A stretch of DNA of 63,917 nucleotides, filler included, from Conidiobolus incongruus B7586 (GCA_000697335.1; 25 parts of 25 records of this genome joined end to end with filler, not necessarily neighbours in it); one strand, 5' to 3'; counted from the whole stretch's first letter, positions 39,456-52,975 are shown. Numbers and translations: made by a program. Notes: generated by a model not told the origin, from the sequence alone.

Positions 39456-41020
39456 TATTAACCCACAAAAGTAAATTATAAAATCAAAAACATTTATATT
39501 TTTATTAATAACTTAATTAATATTTAATGAAATAAACCTAAATCAGATAATTAAAATCTATTATATTTAATAATTATATATTATTAAATGATGATATTTA
39601 GTTATTAATTGGTTAAAATATTATCTTTTAAATTTTACTTAGGGTGAGTTATAAATTTATAGGTTTTTGGTGATAAAAACAGTTAAAACCTAGTGTATCT
39701 ATCTTTAACTTTTCTAATTTCTTGAAGTTTATAGGGTATATAATCAACTAAATTCTTATACTAAAAAGGGTTAATCTTGTTCTATGCTTCTTAAACATAT
39801 TTTTAAAGTTGATCTAAATTTTTTACTAAAGGGAAAGCTTTAATAACTTTTTTAACTGATCCCAATGGTATTTAATTAGATTAAAGTTAAGAGATAAAAG
39901 AAGCTACTTCATAACTATTATCTTGTTATTTTTAAGCTATTTGGTAATAGAAGCTATAGTATAGTAAAAGGTATTATCTTACTAGAAAATAACATTTGAT
40001 TTGTTTAACCTATATTATTCAATAGTTTTTTTCAATTTATTATTTAAAATACTTTGGTATATCTCAAGATTAATTTCCCTATTAACTTTACCAAGATATC
40101 TTATACCTAAAGACAATATATATCCCTAAACAATAATTAACCTATTATTATACTTTTAGGTAACATTAATATAATGGTAACAAAGTAGTTCTGTATCTTT
40201 TCTAAAGTATCTAGCTTTTTTATTAGATTTAATAAGATATATTTTTGTTTCATTAAATTAAATAACCCTATTCTAATTATTTTTAGTTTAATATTAGTGA
40301 TAACATTTAAACTCCCACCTAGCTTTATAGTTGAATTTTTTTAATTAAGGGTAATTTTTCTTGAGGTGTAAGTGATATCTATGCTAATATAAAGCATATA
40401 TAATAATATTAATGCTAACTAATATTTTTATATAGTTTCATAATTCCTGTTATATTTCTATAGCAATACTATACTTGCTTATACTAACTAACCTATAGAT
40501 ATATCTCTTATTATGTTCATCTATAATCTTAATATACTTAAGTTTAAGTTTAAATGTTTTTTTATTTTTATTCTTAATAACTTTAACTATAGTAGACTAG
40601 TTAACACTAATAATTCTAATAATATTATAAGTTGATTTATTTTTTTATAACGTTTATTAATATATAAATAGATTTATTTATAGAGGGATTTAAGTATAAT
40701 GATACTAATAAAAAAATTTAGTATATCTATAAAATATTATATAAAATAATAGCAAAGAGAGAAAAAAATAAGGTTATATATTATTAAATATATCCTCTTA
40801 TCTCAAAAACCCTTAAATTTATAACTTATCTTAATTAAATAAAAGGGTTAATATTTTAGCTAATAGTTTACTAAATATATCTAAATATATTTATTTATTA
40901 ATTAACAGTATAACTTAATTATATATTATAATTTCAAATAATCTAATATATACAGTTGTTTTACTTATTAATTAAAATATATATATTTTTGATTTTATTA
41001 CTCATTTTTGCATGTTAGTT
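39456..41020 (-). mobile_element. Full-length Tc1-like (DD34E) transposon, ~1565 bp, ~35-bp TIRs, TA flanks, transposase inactivated
   Basis: Left end TA|TATTAACCCACAAAAGTAAATTATAAAATCAAAAAC against right-end reverse complement TA|AACTAACATGCAAAAATGAGTAATAAAATCAAAAAT. The minus strand reads VIF**DNTFYYT...WDQLKK. Confidence 0.92.
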
Positions 41021-41877
41021 TATAACCAATAAAATAAATAATATATTTTTAAATTAAATAATATAGTTATATATACTATTAAAGTTCAAAATATAATAAT
41101 TAAGCAATTAATTAGGTATATTAATTTATACCTATATATATAGTATATTTTTTCAATAAAATATATATTATTTAAATTTTAAAAAATATTATTAATTGAT
41201 ATAATTATACTATATTAATTGATAAAAATTTAATTATTACAATCAAAATATGAAAAATANNNNNNNNNNNNNNNNNNNNNNNNNNNNNNNNNNNNNNNNN
41301 NNNTTAATTAATTAANNNNNNNNNNNNNNNNNNNNNNNNNNNNNNNNNNNNNNNNNNNNTGATTTTTATTTGAAAATTTTTATTATTAAAATAATTAATA
41401 TTCATTTTTATTTAATATAATTTCGTAATATAAAATTATAAATATAATTTTGTTTGATAAAAATAAAAATCTTGGAATTTTAAATTTATTATATATTTTG
41501 CTTAAGATTAACATATATATATTTAAATCAAATAATGGCTAAATTAATTAAATAATTAAACAATATCAAAATTTTATAACAAATAATTAGAACTTGAATG
41601 GGTGTTGATTAACCTGATTAGGATATTTATATATATTGTATCCATCATTAATAAAAATATTTATTAATAAATTAACCATGTTTAGCATTAATTTGCTTAA
41701 TTATAATTAATATCTTATATTAATTATTGCTTTAAAAATTCAAATCAAATTATGATAAGTTATTATCAAAATTCAATTTAATACCAAATATATTAATATC
41801 ATTTTTAAATTTAACTTATAAGAATACCAAAGTATTATAATAACAATATTTAAAATTATTTACAAATATTTCAAATA

Positions 41878-43164
41878 TAACTTTTTTAATTTAAAATAAA
41901 GATTATTATGAATTGAAAAAATAAAATTTTTTTAAAGATTAAAATAAATATAAAATATAAAATTAATTGTTTGTATTATTTTTAATAGAGTTTTATTATT
42001 TTTTTGGCAAATATCAAATATCTAAAAAACAATTAATTTTTTAAATACTGTAATTTTATAATTTATAAATTAACTAAATTTTCTTTCATATAAGCTACTT
42101 TTTGAATTATCCTAAATATTTATAATAATATAGGTTATAATTAGGGGAATATAATAGATGAGGTAATTTTTTCCAATATTTATTAAAAAGAAAATATTTT
42201 ACCACTATAGATTCATATATTATATATGTATTATGCAAAATAATTGGTTTTTCCAAATTTATTAATAATATTAATTAGAAATACAATTATTTAAAAAAAC
42301 AAGATAATCCTTATTATTGATTGATTTTCAATCAAAAACTAAATAAAAGTAATAAATAACATTATAGTCTATTAAGATTATTATTATTTATTTTGATCAA
42401 TAAAATACTTTTTTAAATTAAATTTTAAATAAGGTTAATATAGCTAAATCTATAATTTTAATATATGTTATAATGAAGAATTATACATAAAATTCTTAGA
42501 TTCATTAAGGAAATTATTAATTATAAAATCATAAGTTTCTGACAAAATTTTAAATAATTTTATATAATATTAACTATTGTAGCTTTTTTCTGATCTCTCT
42601 TTAAAATAAAAGAAATTAATTTTGTATTTTTATTTCTTAATTTAAGATTAATCTTTGAAATAAATAGTTTACTTATCAATCTAAAATCAAAGTGATTTAA
42701 TAATATTTTAAATAAAATAGGAAGGCACTATTATTATATTTTTTTACAATATTTATAATTAAAATAGTGATAGTTAAAATTAGTCATTTAAATTTTAGAA
42801 AGTTTTAGACAATTTTTTTCCTAGCTTAAAATTAATTTATCTAGCAATAAATAGTTTTTTTAGATAATATTTGATTATTAAAAGCTGCTTGTAATGTTTA
42901 AATGATTTTAGTGGGTTAATGAATAAATTTAATTAATACCAATATTAATGATTATTAATAATTAGTAATAAGTTTGAATATAATAAATTTAATAACAAAT
43001 TTTAATAAGTGGAATTTTTAATCATAATAAATATGGCATATATATATATTTTAATATATATAATCTCTGAATTATTTTATATTTAACTTTTTTTTAAAGA
43101 CTAATTATATATTTGAATAATTAGAAATTAAAAAATTTCTCATTATTTCGTAATCAGGTTAATG
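41878..43164 (-). mobile_element. Near full-length mariner (DD34D), ~1.29 kb, inactivated
   Basis: LQAAFNNQILSKKTIYC*IN*F*ARKKIV*NFLKFK*L reverts toward the mariner HTH LQAAFGDQ.LS..TIY.W...F..GRE.V.D.PRSGRP. PIILHN and WKKLPHLLYSPNYNL are present, with 34 codons between the second and third catalytic positions. Confidence 0.85.
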
Positions 43165-43699
43165 GTTTATAAATATTTTATTTTATTTTTGATTTAAATA
43201 TAGTGGGTAAATTATTGAAAATTTATTAAAATTTTAAAAATCAATTTTTTTTTATTTCATTTAAATTTTTGAATAAATAAAAAAATATATTATCAAAATT
43301 ATTCTAATAAAAAAATAAATAATAAATTAAAAAACTAAAAAAATATTATAAATGTATGTTTATTATAGTTGAGATTAATCAATCAAAATATATATCAAAT
43401 ACTTGATATTATAGCCTTATTTGAAAAAATATATAAAAAATTATAATAAATTATGTATTAAATCTAAAGTATTTTNNNNNNNNNNNNNNNNNNNNNNNNN
43501 NNNNNNNNNNNNNNNNNNNTTAATTAATTAANNNNNNNNNNNNNNNNNNNNNNNNNNNNNNNNNNNNNNNNNNNNAAATTAAATATATTATAATAAAAAA
43601 AATTAATCATATATTATTATTAATAACTATATTAAATTATCAAATCCCTTGATATAATATTCTAAATAATTAACTTATAAAAATATTATATTTAATGAT

Positions 43700-44550
43700 A
43701 TATTTTCTAGAAATTAAATCAAACATAATAAATATATATTAACTTAAATAATTTATTAACTTAAAAAATTAGAATTATCTTGTAAATATAATTAAAGTTA
43801 ATCTAATAAAAAACTTACCTTAAAAAGAAACATTACAAACAAGCTAAACTTATAATTAATTGAAAACTAAAGCTAATAAAAATTTTTTTATATTTAAAAG
43901 AATATTTAATATTTTTATTAATATAAAAATTTTATTCAAGAGAGTTGATATTTAAATAAAAAAATACACCCAAAAAATTCAAAAAATTTTTTATAAATAT
44001 TTGTCAAAATATATAAAAGTTTTGAAAAATTATTTTTTGTCATTATAAGTTCAAAACATATACTTTATTAATAAACTATTATCATACTTAAGTTAGGAAT
44101 TATTTATAACTATAAACAATAATATATTAGAAGTTATAATTAAATAAAAAATAGTTTTAACAAAAATATTTTAATATATATTAATTAAAACTATATATTA
44201 GAACTATAACTTTAGTTAAAAATAAAAATCAAATATTATCCCAATAAAAATTAAATAAAAGACTAATACTAAGCTTATATTTAATATATATCAAATATAA
44301 ATATAAAAAAGCTAATTATAGGTTTAATAATAAAAACCTAGTAGTTATCTAATTTATTAATTTGATTTCAAATATTATTATTATTAGTTTAAATAATTAA
44401 TATAATAATTAATTACTAGCGATTATTTTAAATTAAATAATTTTCTTAACTTTTTATATTTTTATAAAAGCAAAAAAAAACAAAATTAATTTATATTGCT
44501 TTATTAATAATAATAATCTTAAATACTATATATTAAGAATATTAGTTAAT
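43700..44550 (+). mobile_element. Possible pogo/Tigger-like transposase relic
   Basis: YFNIY*LKLYIR..TLVKN....KLNKRLILSL at ~44165-44280 resembles IFN.DE.GL..R..TL....K..KRLT. Confidence 0.27.
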
Positions 44551-44959
44551 TATCATAATTTCAAATATAAAATAAATAATATTAAGCATTAAATTATATA
44601 AATAGATTATAAAATAATTAATAATAATTTAATCATTAGTATTATTAATATCTAAATTAAAAAAATAAATATTTTATTTTAATTCCACCTAATAGAATTA
44701 TTAGTTCTTATTATATNNNNNNNNNNNNNNNNNNNNNNNNNNNNNNNNNNNNNNNNNNNNTTAATTAATTAANNNNNNNNNNNNNNNNNNNNNNNNNNNN
44801 NNNNNNNNNNNNNNNNAAATAAAAAATATATATTAATTACATAGTTTAATATAAGTTTATTTAAATTAGAATTAATTAAGATATTAATAAAAATATATAT
44901 TTTTTTAATTTTATGACTTACTTTTACAAGTTAGTATATATAATTTAATAAAAGAAAAA

Positions 44960-45215
44960 TAAATTTAAGTAATTTTTATTTTATATACCCTTTTAACTTT
45001 TTAACTTATAAATTTTTAACTCACCCTATTTAAAATTTAAGTTTTGATATATTAACCAATAATATATTAAATATAATTAAATATAACCTATTATAATTAA
45101 GTAATATACTTTAATTATATATTTTAATTTAAATTAATTTAGTTAAGAATTATTTAAATTATAGATAAATATATAAGTGATTTTTATTTTATAACTTATT
45201 TTTATAAGTTAATGT
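44960..45215 (-). mobile_element. Tc1-like TIR plus 5' leader fragment (subfamily B)
   Basis: The reverse complement matches the leader at 19799-20040. TIR ataacttatttttataagttaatg|ta. A further isolated TIR lies at ~44905-44938. Confidence 0.6.
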
Positions 45216-45229
45216 ATAATTTATATTAG

Positions 45230-45984
45230 AATAGATATTACTTATATTTTAAAAAAAATACCCTTAACTAAAAAAGTCCTACTATAAAACTAAAAAGGAA
45301 TTTAAATACCAATACTAAAGTTAAATTAAAATTAACTGGAGTAAAGTTATTTAGTTTAATAAAACAAAAATATATCTTAGTAAATCTAATAAAAAAGTTA
45401 AATATTTCAAAAAAGATAAAAAACTACTTTATAACCATTATGTTATTATAACTTAAAAATACAATAATAGGTTAATTATAATTTAAAGATATATATTATC
45501 TTTAAATATAAGGTATCTTTATAAAGTTGATAAAGGAATTAATATTAAAATATATTAAAATATTTTAAACAATAAATTATAAAAAATTATTAAGTGATAT
45601 AAGTTAAATAAATTAAATATTATTTTTTAACAAGATAATACTATTTGTTATATTACAAATTCTACTATTAAATAGCTTAAAAATAACAAAATAACTATTA
45701 TGAAATAACCTCTTTAATCTTTTAATTTGAACTTAATTAAATATCTTTAGAATTAATTAAAAAAATTAATTAAAATTTTCCCCCTAACAAACAATTTAAA
45801 TTAACTTTAAAAATATAATTAAGAAGCTTAGAATAATATTAGTTTTGTTTAATATAAAAAGTTAATTAACTTTATACCCTATTAACTTAAAAAAATTAGA
45901 AAAATAAAAGATAGATATATTAAATATTAATTTTTCTATTAATACTAAAACCTATAAATTTATAACTTACTTTAAGTATACTTT
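45230..45984 (+). mobile_element. Tc1-like element, catalytic and 3' part
   Basis: Colinear with 46705-47455; reads IIF*QDNTICY. Confidence 0.85.
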
Positions 45985-46084
45985 NNNNNNNNNNNNNNNN
46001 NNNNNNNNNNNNNNNNNNNNNNNNNNNNTTAATTAATTAANNNNNNNNNNNNNNNNNNNNNNNNNNNNNNNNNNNNNNNNNNNN

Positions 46085-47631
46085 GTAATAAAATCAAAAA
46101 TATATATATATTAATAAATAACTAAAACAATTGTATATATTAGATTATTTGAAACTATAATATATAATTAAGGTAAATTATTTCATAATAAATAAATATA
46201 TTTAGATATATTTAGTAAACTATTAGCAAAAATATTAACCCTTAATATTTAATTAAGATAAGTTATAGATTTGCAAGTTTTTGAGATAAGGGATATATTT
46301 AACAATATATAACCATATTTTTTTTCTCTTTGCTATTATTTTATATAATATTTTAGAAATATAAAAAAATTTTTTTATTAATATTATTATACTTAAATCC
46401 CTTTTTAAAAAAATCCACTTATATATCAATCAACTTTATAAAGAAAATATATCAACTTATGATATTGTTAGAATTACTAGTGTTAGCTAGTTTACTATAG
46501 TTAAAGCTATTAAGAATAATAATAAAGATATATTTAAATTTAAACTTAAATATATTAAGATTATAGATAAATATGATAAGAAGTATATTTATAGGTTAGT
46601 TAATATAAATAAATATAATATTACTGTAAAAATATAGCAGGAATTATGAGACTATATAAGAATATTAGTTAATACTGATACTATTATATATGTTTTATAT
46701 TAGCATAGATATTACTTATATTTTAAGAAAAAACACCCCTAACTAAAGAAATCTTATTATAAAACTAGATAAAAGTTTAAATATTATTATTAATATTAAA
46801 CTAAAATTAATTAAAGTAAGGTTATTTAGTATAATAAAATAAAAATATATTTTAATAAATCTAATAAAAAATTAAATATTTTAGAAAAATACAAAACTAC
46901 TTTGTAACCATTATGTTAATTTTACCCAAAAGTATAATGATAGGTTAATTATTATTTAAGGATATATATTATCTTTAAGTATATGGTATTTTTGTAAAGT
47001 TAATAGGGGAATTAGTATTAAGATATATTAAAATATTCTAAATAATAAATTGAAAGAATTATTGAATAATATAAGTTAAATAAATTTAATATTATTTTCT
47101 AGTAAGATAATACCTTTTATTATATTATAGCTTCTATTATCAAATAGCTTAAAAATAATAAGATATTAATTATAAAGTAGTTTTTTTAATCTTTTAACCT
47201 TAACCTAATTGAATACCTTTAGGATTAGTTAAAAAAAGCTATTAAAGCTTTCCCCTTAATAAAAAATTTAGATTAGCTTTGGGAATATATTTAAGAAGCA
47301 TAAAACAAGATTAACCCTTCTTAGTGTAAAAAGTTAATTTATTCTATACCCTACAAACTTAAAGAAATTAAAAAAGCTAAAGGTAAATACATTAGATTTT
47401 AATTTTTTTTATTATTAAAAACCAACAAATTTATAACTTAATTTAGATAAAATTTAAGGGTTTATATTATAACCAAATAATAGCTAAATATTATTATTTA
47501 ATGATATATATTATTAATAAATATAATAGATTTAAATTATTTAATTTAGGTTTATTTCATTAAATAATAGTTAAGTTATTAGTAAAAATATAAGTGTTTT
47601 TGATACTATGACTCGCTTTTATAGGTTAATA
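46085..47631 (+). mobile_element. Near full-length Tc1-like (DD34E) transposon; dead transposase at ~46389-47402 (~337 codons)
   Basis: IIF**DNTFYY...K*FF*SFNLNLIEYL*D*LKK (FQQDNAPCH...WPPQSPDLNPIEHLWDQLKK), D-34-E spacing, ends KAKGKYIRF*. 3' TIR gtttttgatactatgactcgcttttataggttaata|ta. Confidence 0.92.
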
Positions 47632-47907
47632 TATAACAAAAAATAAAATATAATTTTTAATACTTATGAATTATATTTTTGATAAAAAATAATATTAAAA
47701 ATATAATCTAGTAAGTATTTTATATAGTTCAAAATATAAATTAATTAATTAATTTAAATATATAAATATATTTTAATATTGCTATTATTTAATAATATTT
47801 AATTTTTNNNNNNNNNNNNNNNNNNNNNNNNNNNNNNNNNNNNNNNNNNNNTTAATTAATTAANNNNNNNNNNNNNNNNNNNNNNNNNNNNNNNNNNNNN
47901 NNNNNNN

Positions 47908-48956
47908 CTTTATAATCTTATTATTTTTTATAAAGCTAATATTTAATAGCTTTTGGTTATATAAATAATATTAAAAAAGTTTAAACTTAATAAGCAAATA
48001 ACTTTATTACAGTTAAAAAATTAAGTTAATATTTTAGTATTTTTGAAAGATATTTTAATTATTTATAATAATTTTACAAACTTTCAAAAGCTTGAAAATT
48101 ATTTTAAAAATCTAAAAATTATCTTAACTCTAAATTTAATAAAAATAAAAAAAACTTTAAATTAAACTTTTTTTTAAAAAAATTTACTTATATTTAGTAG
48201 GTAGTATATTATAAGCTTAATCCTAAAGAATCTTTAAAAGGATAATCTATTATAAAAATACAAACTTTTAAATAGTTAGAAAAAAACCTTTAAATAATAT
48301 TTTACTTAAATAATTAAATTTAATTATTAAATAAAAGTTTTTTAACTCAAAGAAATATTTTTATAAAATTATTTTTTAACAAGTTAAATAAAATATATAT
48401 AATCATATCAAATATTATTAAAGAAAAATAAATCTAAAAATTATCACAAATCTTTAGTTTTGAAATAAAGCATTAGTTAAATAATAAAAAATATTTTAAT
48501 AATATGTTTTTTTATATATTTGTAATATAATATATATGATTAATAATATCTTTTAATCTATAATAAAGCATCTTTATTTAAAAAATATAATTTTTAAAAT
48601 TTATTTTAATCTACTTAAATCCTATATAATAAATATATCTATTTTGAAACTTTATGAGAAAACCTTTAATAAAGAAGTTAAAATTTATTTTAAAATAAGT
48701 CAAGGTTGCTATTATTGTTCAAAAACTATAGTTAATTATATAGTTTATAAATACCCTTTAAAAAAATAAAATTAATTTCATCTATTATAATTTTAATCTA
48801 TTAATTATAAATTAAACTTGAATAATATTAATATAATTTTAAAATTACTTCTTTTATAATTAATTAGTAGACTTTATTTTGATTAATAAAAATATTAATT
48901 AATTAATAATTTTATAAATTAAAAAAGCATATTAAAGAGATTTTAATTATTAAATT
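47908..48956 (+). mobile_element. Repeat family 3, copy 2: probable gag relic
   Basis: Shares ttaatcctaaagaatcttta and other blocks with 28668-29683. QGCYYCSKTIVNYIVYKYPLKK at ~48700 reverts to a C-x2-C-x6-H-x4-C knuckle. Confidence 0.5.
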
Positions 48957-49056
48957 NNNNNNNNNNNNNNNNNNNNNNNNNNNNNNNNNNNNNNNNNNNN
49001 TTAATTAATTAANNNNNNNNNNNNNNNNNNNNNNNNNNNNNNNNNNNNNNNNNNNN

Positions 49057-50438
49057 TTATTAATAATATATATTATTAAATGATAATATTTAGCTATTAA
49101 TTAGTTAAATTATTAACCTTTAAATGTTACTCAAAATAATTTATAAATTTACAAGTTTCTGGTGATAAAAAGATTAAAACTTAGTATATTTATCTTTAAC
49201 TTTTCTAATTTCTTTAAGTTTATAAGATATAGAATCAATTAACTTTTTATATTAAGAAGGGTTAATTTTGCTCTATGTTTCTTAAATTTATTACTAAAAT
49301 TAATCTAAATCTTTTATTATAAGAAAAACTTTAATATTTTTAACTAATTATAAAAATATTTAATTAGGTTAATTTTAAGAAACTAAAAAAAATATTTTAT
49401 AACTATTATTTTATTATTTTTAAGCTATTTGGCAGTAAAAGTTATAATATAACAAAAGGTATTATTTTATTAGAAAATAATAATAAATTTGTTTAACCTA
49501 TATTATTCCATTGTTATTTTATTTTATTATTTAGAATATTTTAATATATTCTAATATTAATTCCCTTATTAACTTTATAAAAATATTTTTCACCTAAAAA
49601 CAATATATATTCTTAAATAATAATTAACCTATTATTATACTTTTGGGTAAAATTAATATAATATTTATAAAGTAATTTTATATCTTTTTTAGAATATCAA
49701 GCTTAATTATTAAATTTATTAAAATATATTTTTGTTTTATTAAATTAAATAACTTTACTCTAATTATTTTTAATATAATATTAATATTAATATTAATATT
49801 TAAACTTTTACCTAACTTTATATTAGGATTTGTTTAATTAAAGGTGTTTTTTTAAAATATAAGTGATATTTATATTAATATAAAATATATATAATAATAT
49901 TAATATTAATTAATATTCCTACATAATCTTGTAATTTTTGTTATATTTCTATAGTTATATTATATTTATCTGTATTAATTAATTTATAGATATACTTTAT
50001 AATATATTCATCTATAATCTTAACATATTTAAGTTTAAATTTAAATATGTTTTTATTGTTATTCTTAATAGTTTTAATTATAGCAGATTAGCTAACACTA
50101 GTAATTCTAGTAATATCATGAGTTGATTTATTTATTTTATAAATTTGATTAATATATAAGTGAATTTTTTTAAAAAAAAATTTAAGCATAATGATATTAA
50201 TAAGAAGAAGTAAAAATATCTATGATATATTATACAACATAATATCAAAAAGAGAAAAAAAATATAGTTAAATTATTTTATATATGTCTTTTTATCTTAA
50301 AAACCTGCAAATATATAACTTATCTTAATTAAATATTAAGAATTAATATTATTGCTAATAATTTATTAAATTTATTTATATATATTTATTTATTATCAAA
50401 TAAAATATTTTAATTATATATTATAGTTTCAGATAATC
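49057..50438 (-). mobile_element. Tc1-like element between two gaps
   Basis: Colinear with 39565-40945. Confidence 0.88.
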
Positions 50439-50544
50439 NNNNNNNNNNNNNNNNNNNNNNNNNNNNNNNNNNNNNNNNNNNNTTAATTAATTAANNNNNN
50501 NNNNNNNNNNNNNNNNNNNNNNNNNNNNNNNNNNNNNNTAATAT

Positions 50545-51843
50545 TCTTATTTTAAAATATTAATAATTGGGATTTTTTGTGATTAAAATTAAATAAATAT
50601 ATTATTATAATCATATATAAATAAAAATTCATATTAATAATTTAATCGTACCTTTTATTATTATTAATTCTTTACTATATGCAAAGATATAATATATAAA
50701 AAATAATTCTTTATATTATTGACTAAAATTTAATATTTCACCAATTAATTAAATTTTGCTAAAAAATTTTTTTTCTTGTAAGCTAGTTTTTTAAAAGCTT
50801 AAAACAAATACAACCATATAAACTATAATCAAAATAATATAATTAATATTACAGTTTTTTTTGGTAATTTTTAAATAGAAAGATTTTTAGAATTTTAAAT
50901 TTATATATGTTAAAAGAATCATGCAATATAATAACTCATTTTAAATTATATTAAGAATAATTGTTAAAAATACATTTATTTACAAAAGGAATATAAAATT
51001 TACAATTATTTGATTATTTTTCAAGAACTAAATATAAATAGCATTTACCATTATAAACTATTATAATAATTCATTTTAACTTATTAATAAAATGATTATT
51101 TAAAAAGATTTGAAAAGAATGTTAATTCAATATAATCTAACATTTTAATTTGTTTTTTGTTGAAAGATATTTTATAAAGAACTAAAATTCATTAATTATA
51201 ATTATATAATATTAATGTTTAAGCTTCAGGTAATTATTAGTAAGTTATATTTAACAATAACTACTTTAACTTTGTTTCAAGGGTTAGTTAATTTCAAAGG
51301 TATTTATTTTATTTTTTTATTTATTGATTTGAGTTGAAACTTTAGTATATATAATATACTTACAAAATCAATATCAAAGTATTTAGATAATGTTTTAATT
51401 GAAATTAAATGGTACTTGTGAGAATATTTTTTCAATTAATCAATAATTACAGAATAATAATTAAAGTTAATTTTTTAAATTTTAGTAAGTTTTAAATAGT
51501 TTCACTCATATTCTTAAAATAAATCACTTAGTGATGAATTGTTAATTTACATAATATTTTATGATCATAATCTATTTGTAAATTTAAAATAATTTTAGTG
51601 GGTTAATGGTTAAGTATTTCACATAATAAAATAAAAAACTCTTTATGATTGTTAATTGGTTTAAGCAAAATTAAATTAAATAATGAATTTTTTAATCACA
51701 TAAATTATTATATTAGATATATATATAAATATTAAAAATATATAATTTCCTATTATCTTTTTATATAATTATTTATTTCAAATTAATATATATTTGAATA
51801 ATGATAAATTAAAATATTCATATAATTTCAAATACAAAGTAAT
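50545..51843 (-). mobile_element. Near full-length mariner (DD34D), ~1.3 kb, inactivated
   Basis: TIHH*VIYFK..ETI*NLLKFKKL (HTH/PRSGRP region), IIIINEF* and VIILHDS. TIR-like end ATAATTTCAAATACAAAGTAATA. Confidence 0.8.
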
Positions 51844-52569
51844 ATTTATTATATTATTAACTAAAAATATTTATTATGGTTATTAATATTTTATTAATCA
51901 AAAATCATTTCAATTATTTCAAATATAAGGTGATAAAAAATTTGAGTTTATCTAATATTATTTTTCAATTAAAACCATATTATAATTATTAAATTTATTT
52001 ATTCATATAATATAATGTTTAATATTAAACAAGAAATATATAAATATCAATATTAAATTGATATTATTGGAAATTATATTAAATTTGAATTTTTTTGATA
52101 TATTATTTGATTATATTAATTAAACATTTTATTTGAATTTAAGGTGTAATATAATGTATTTTTTAATATAATCAATAAATAATTATATATATATATATCT
52201 CAAATTTTATAATGTATTTGAAAGTATAAAGAAAATATTTTTTATAGATTCAATTAATGATTTAAAATAATAAAGTAATTAGTTTATATGAAATTTATAA
52301 ATATAACACCAATGATATTAATTTAATATTCAATCTAATTATTTAATAAAATTTAGATTTCGAAAAATAATTTAAATATATTTAAAATTGGATTATAATT
52401 TTAATATAAATTTATATAAAATTTTATATATTAAAAAAATAAAATATAANNNNNNNNNNNNNNNNNNNNNNNNNNNNNNNNNNNNNNNNNNNNTTAATTA
52501 ATTAANNNNNNNNNNNNNNNNNNNNNNNNNNNNNNNNNNNNNNNNNNNNAATTTTATTATATAGTTTTA

Positions 52570-52975
52570 TAATTAAATTTTTAAAGATAAACTAATTATT
52601 AAAAAATATATAATTATAAAAAATTAATATATAAATATATAAATATATATATTAGATAGAACTACCATATTTAGTATATTCACCAGATTATAACTTATAA
52701 AATTATAATTGCTTTAGATAATTAAGAAATAAATTTGTAACAAAAAAAACTCTGGTAAATAAATTTAATTGGTTTATTAAACATCAAATTTCAGTCTTTA
52801 ATAAAAAACTCATTTTAAATGTTAGAAGTTTACAAATGTATAAAAAAGAGTTATAAATAATAGAAGTGAGTATTAATTTCAGATTATTTAATTTTTGTAA
52901 ATTATATATTAGAGTTATAATTAATTTTGATTTTAAAATTTTGCCATTATTCAATTTCTCAAGTAATAATAATAT
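52570..52975 (+). mobile_element. mariner 3' fragment
   Basis: *IELPYLVYSPDYNL at ~52653 (W.ELPHP.YSPDYNP) and a TIR-like end near 52950-52970. Confidence 0.65.

Noticed and set aside
39456..47631. Alternative genetic code (TAA/TAG read as Gln) to explain in-frame stops in the transposases
   Set aside because: Stops also replace Trp, vary between copies and accompany many missense transitions. Host genes use TAA, TAG and TGA as normal stops.
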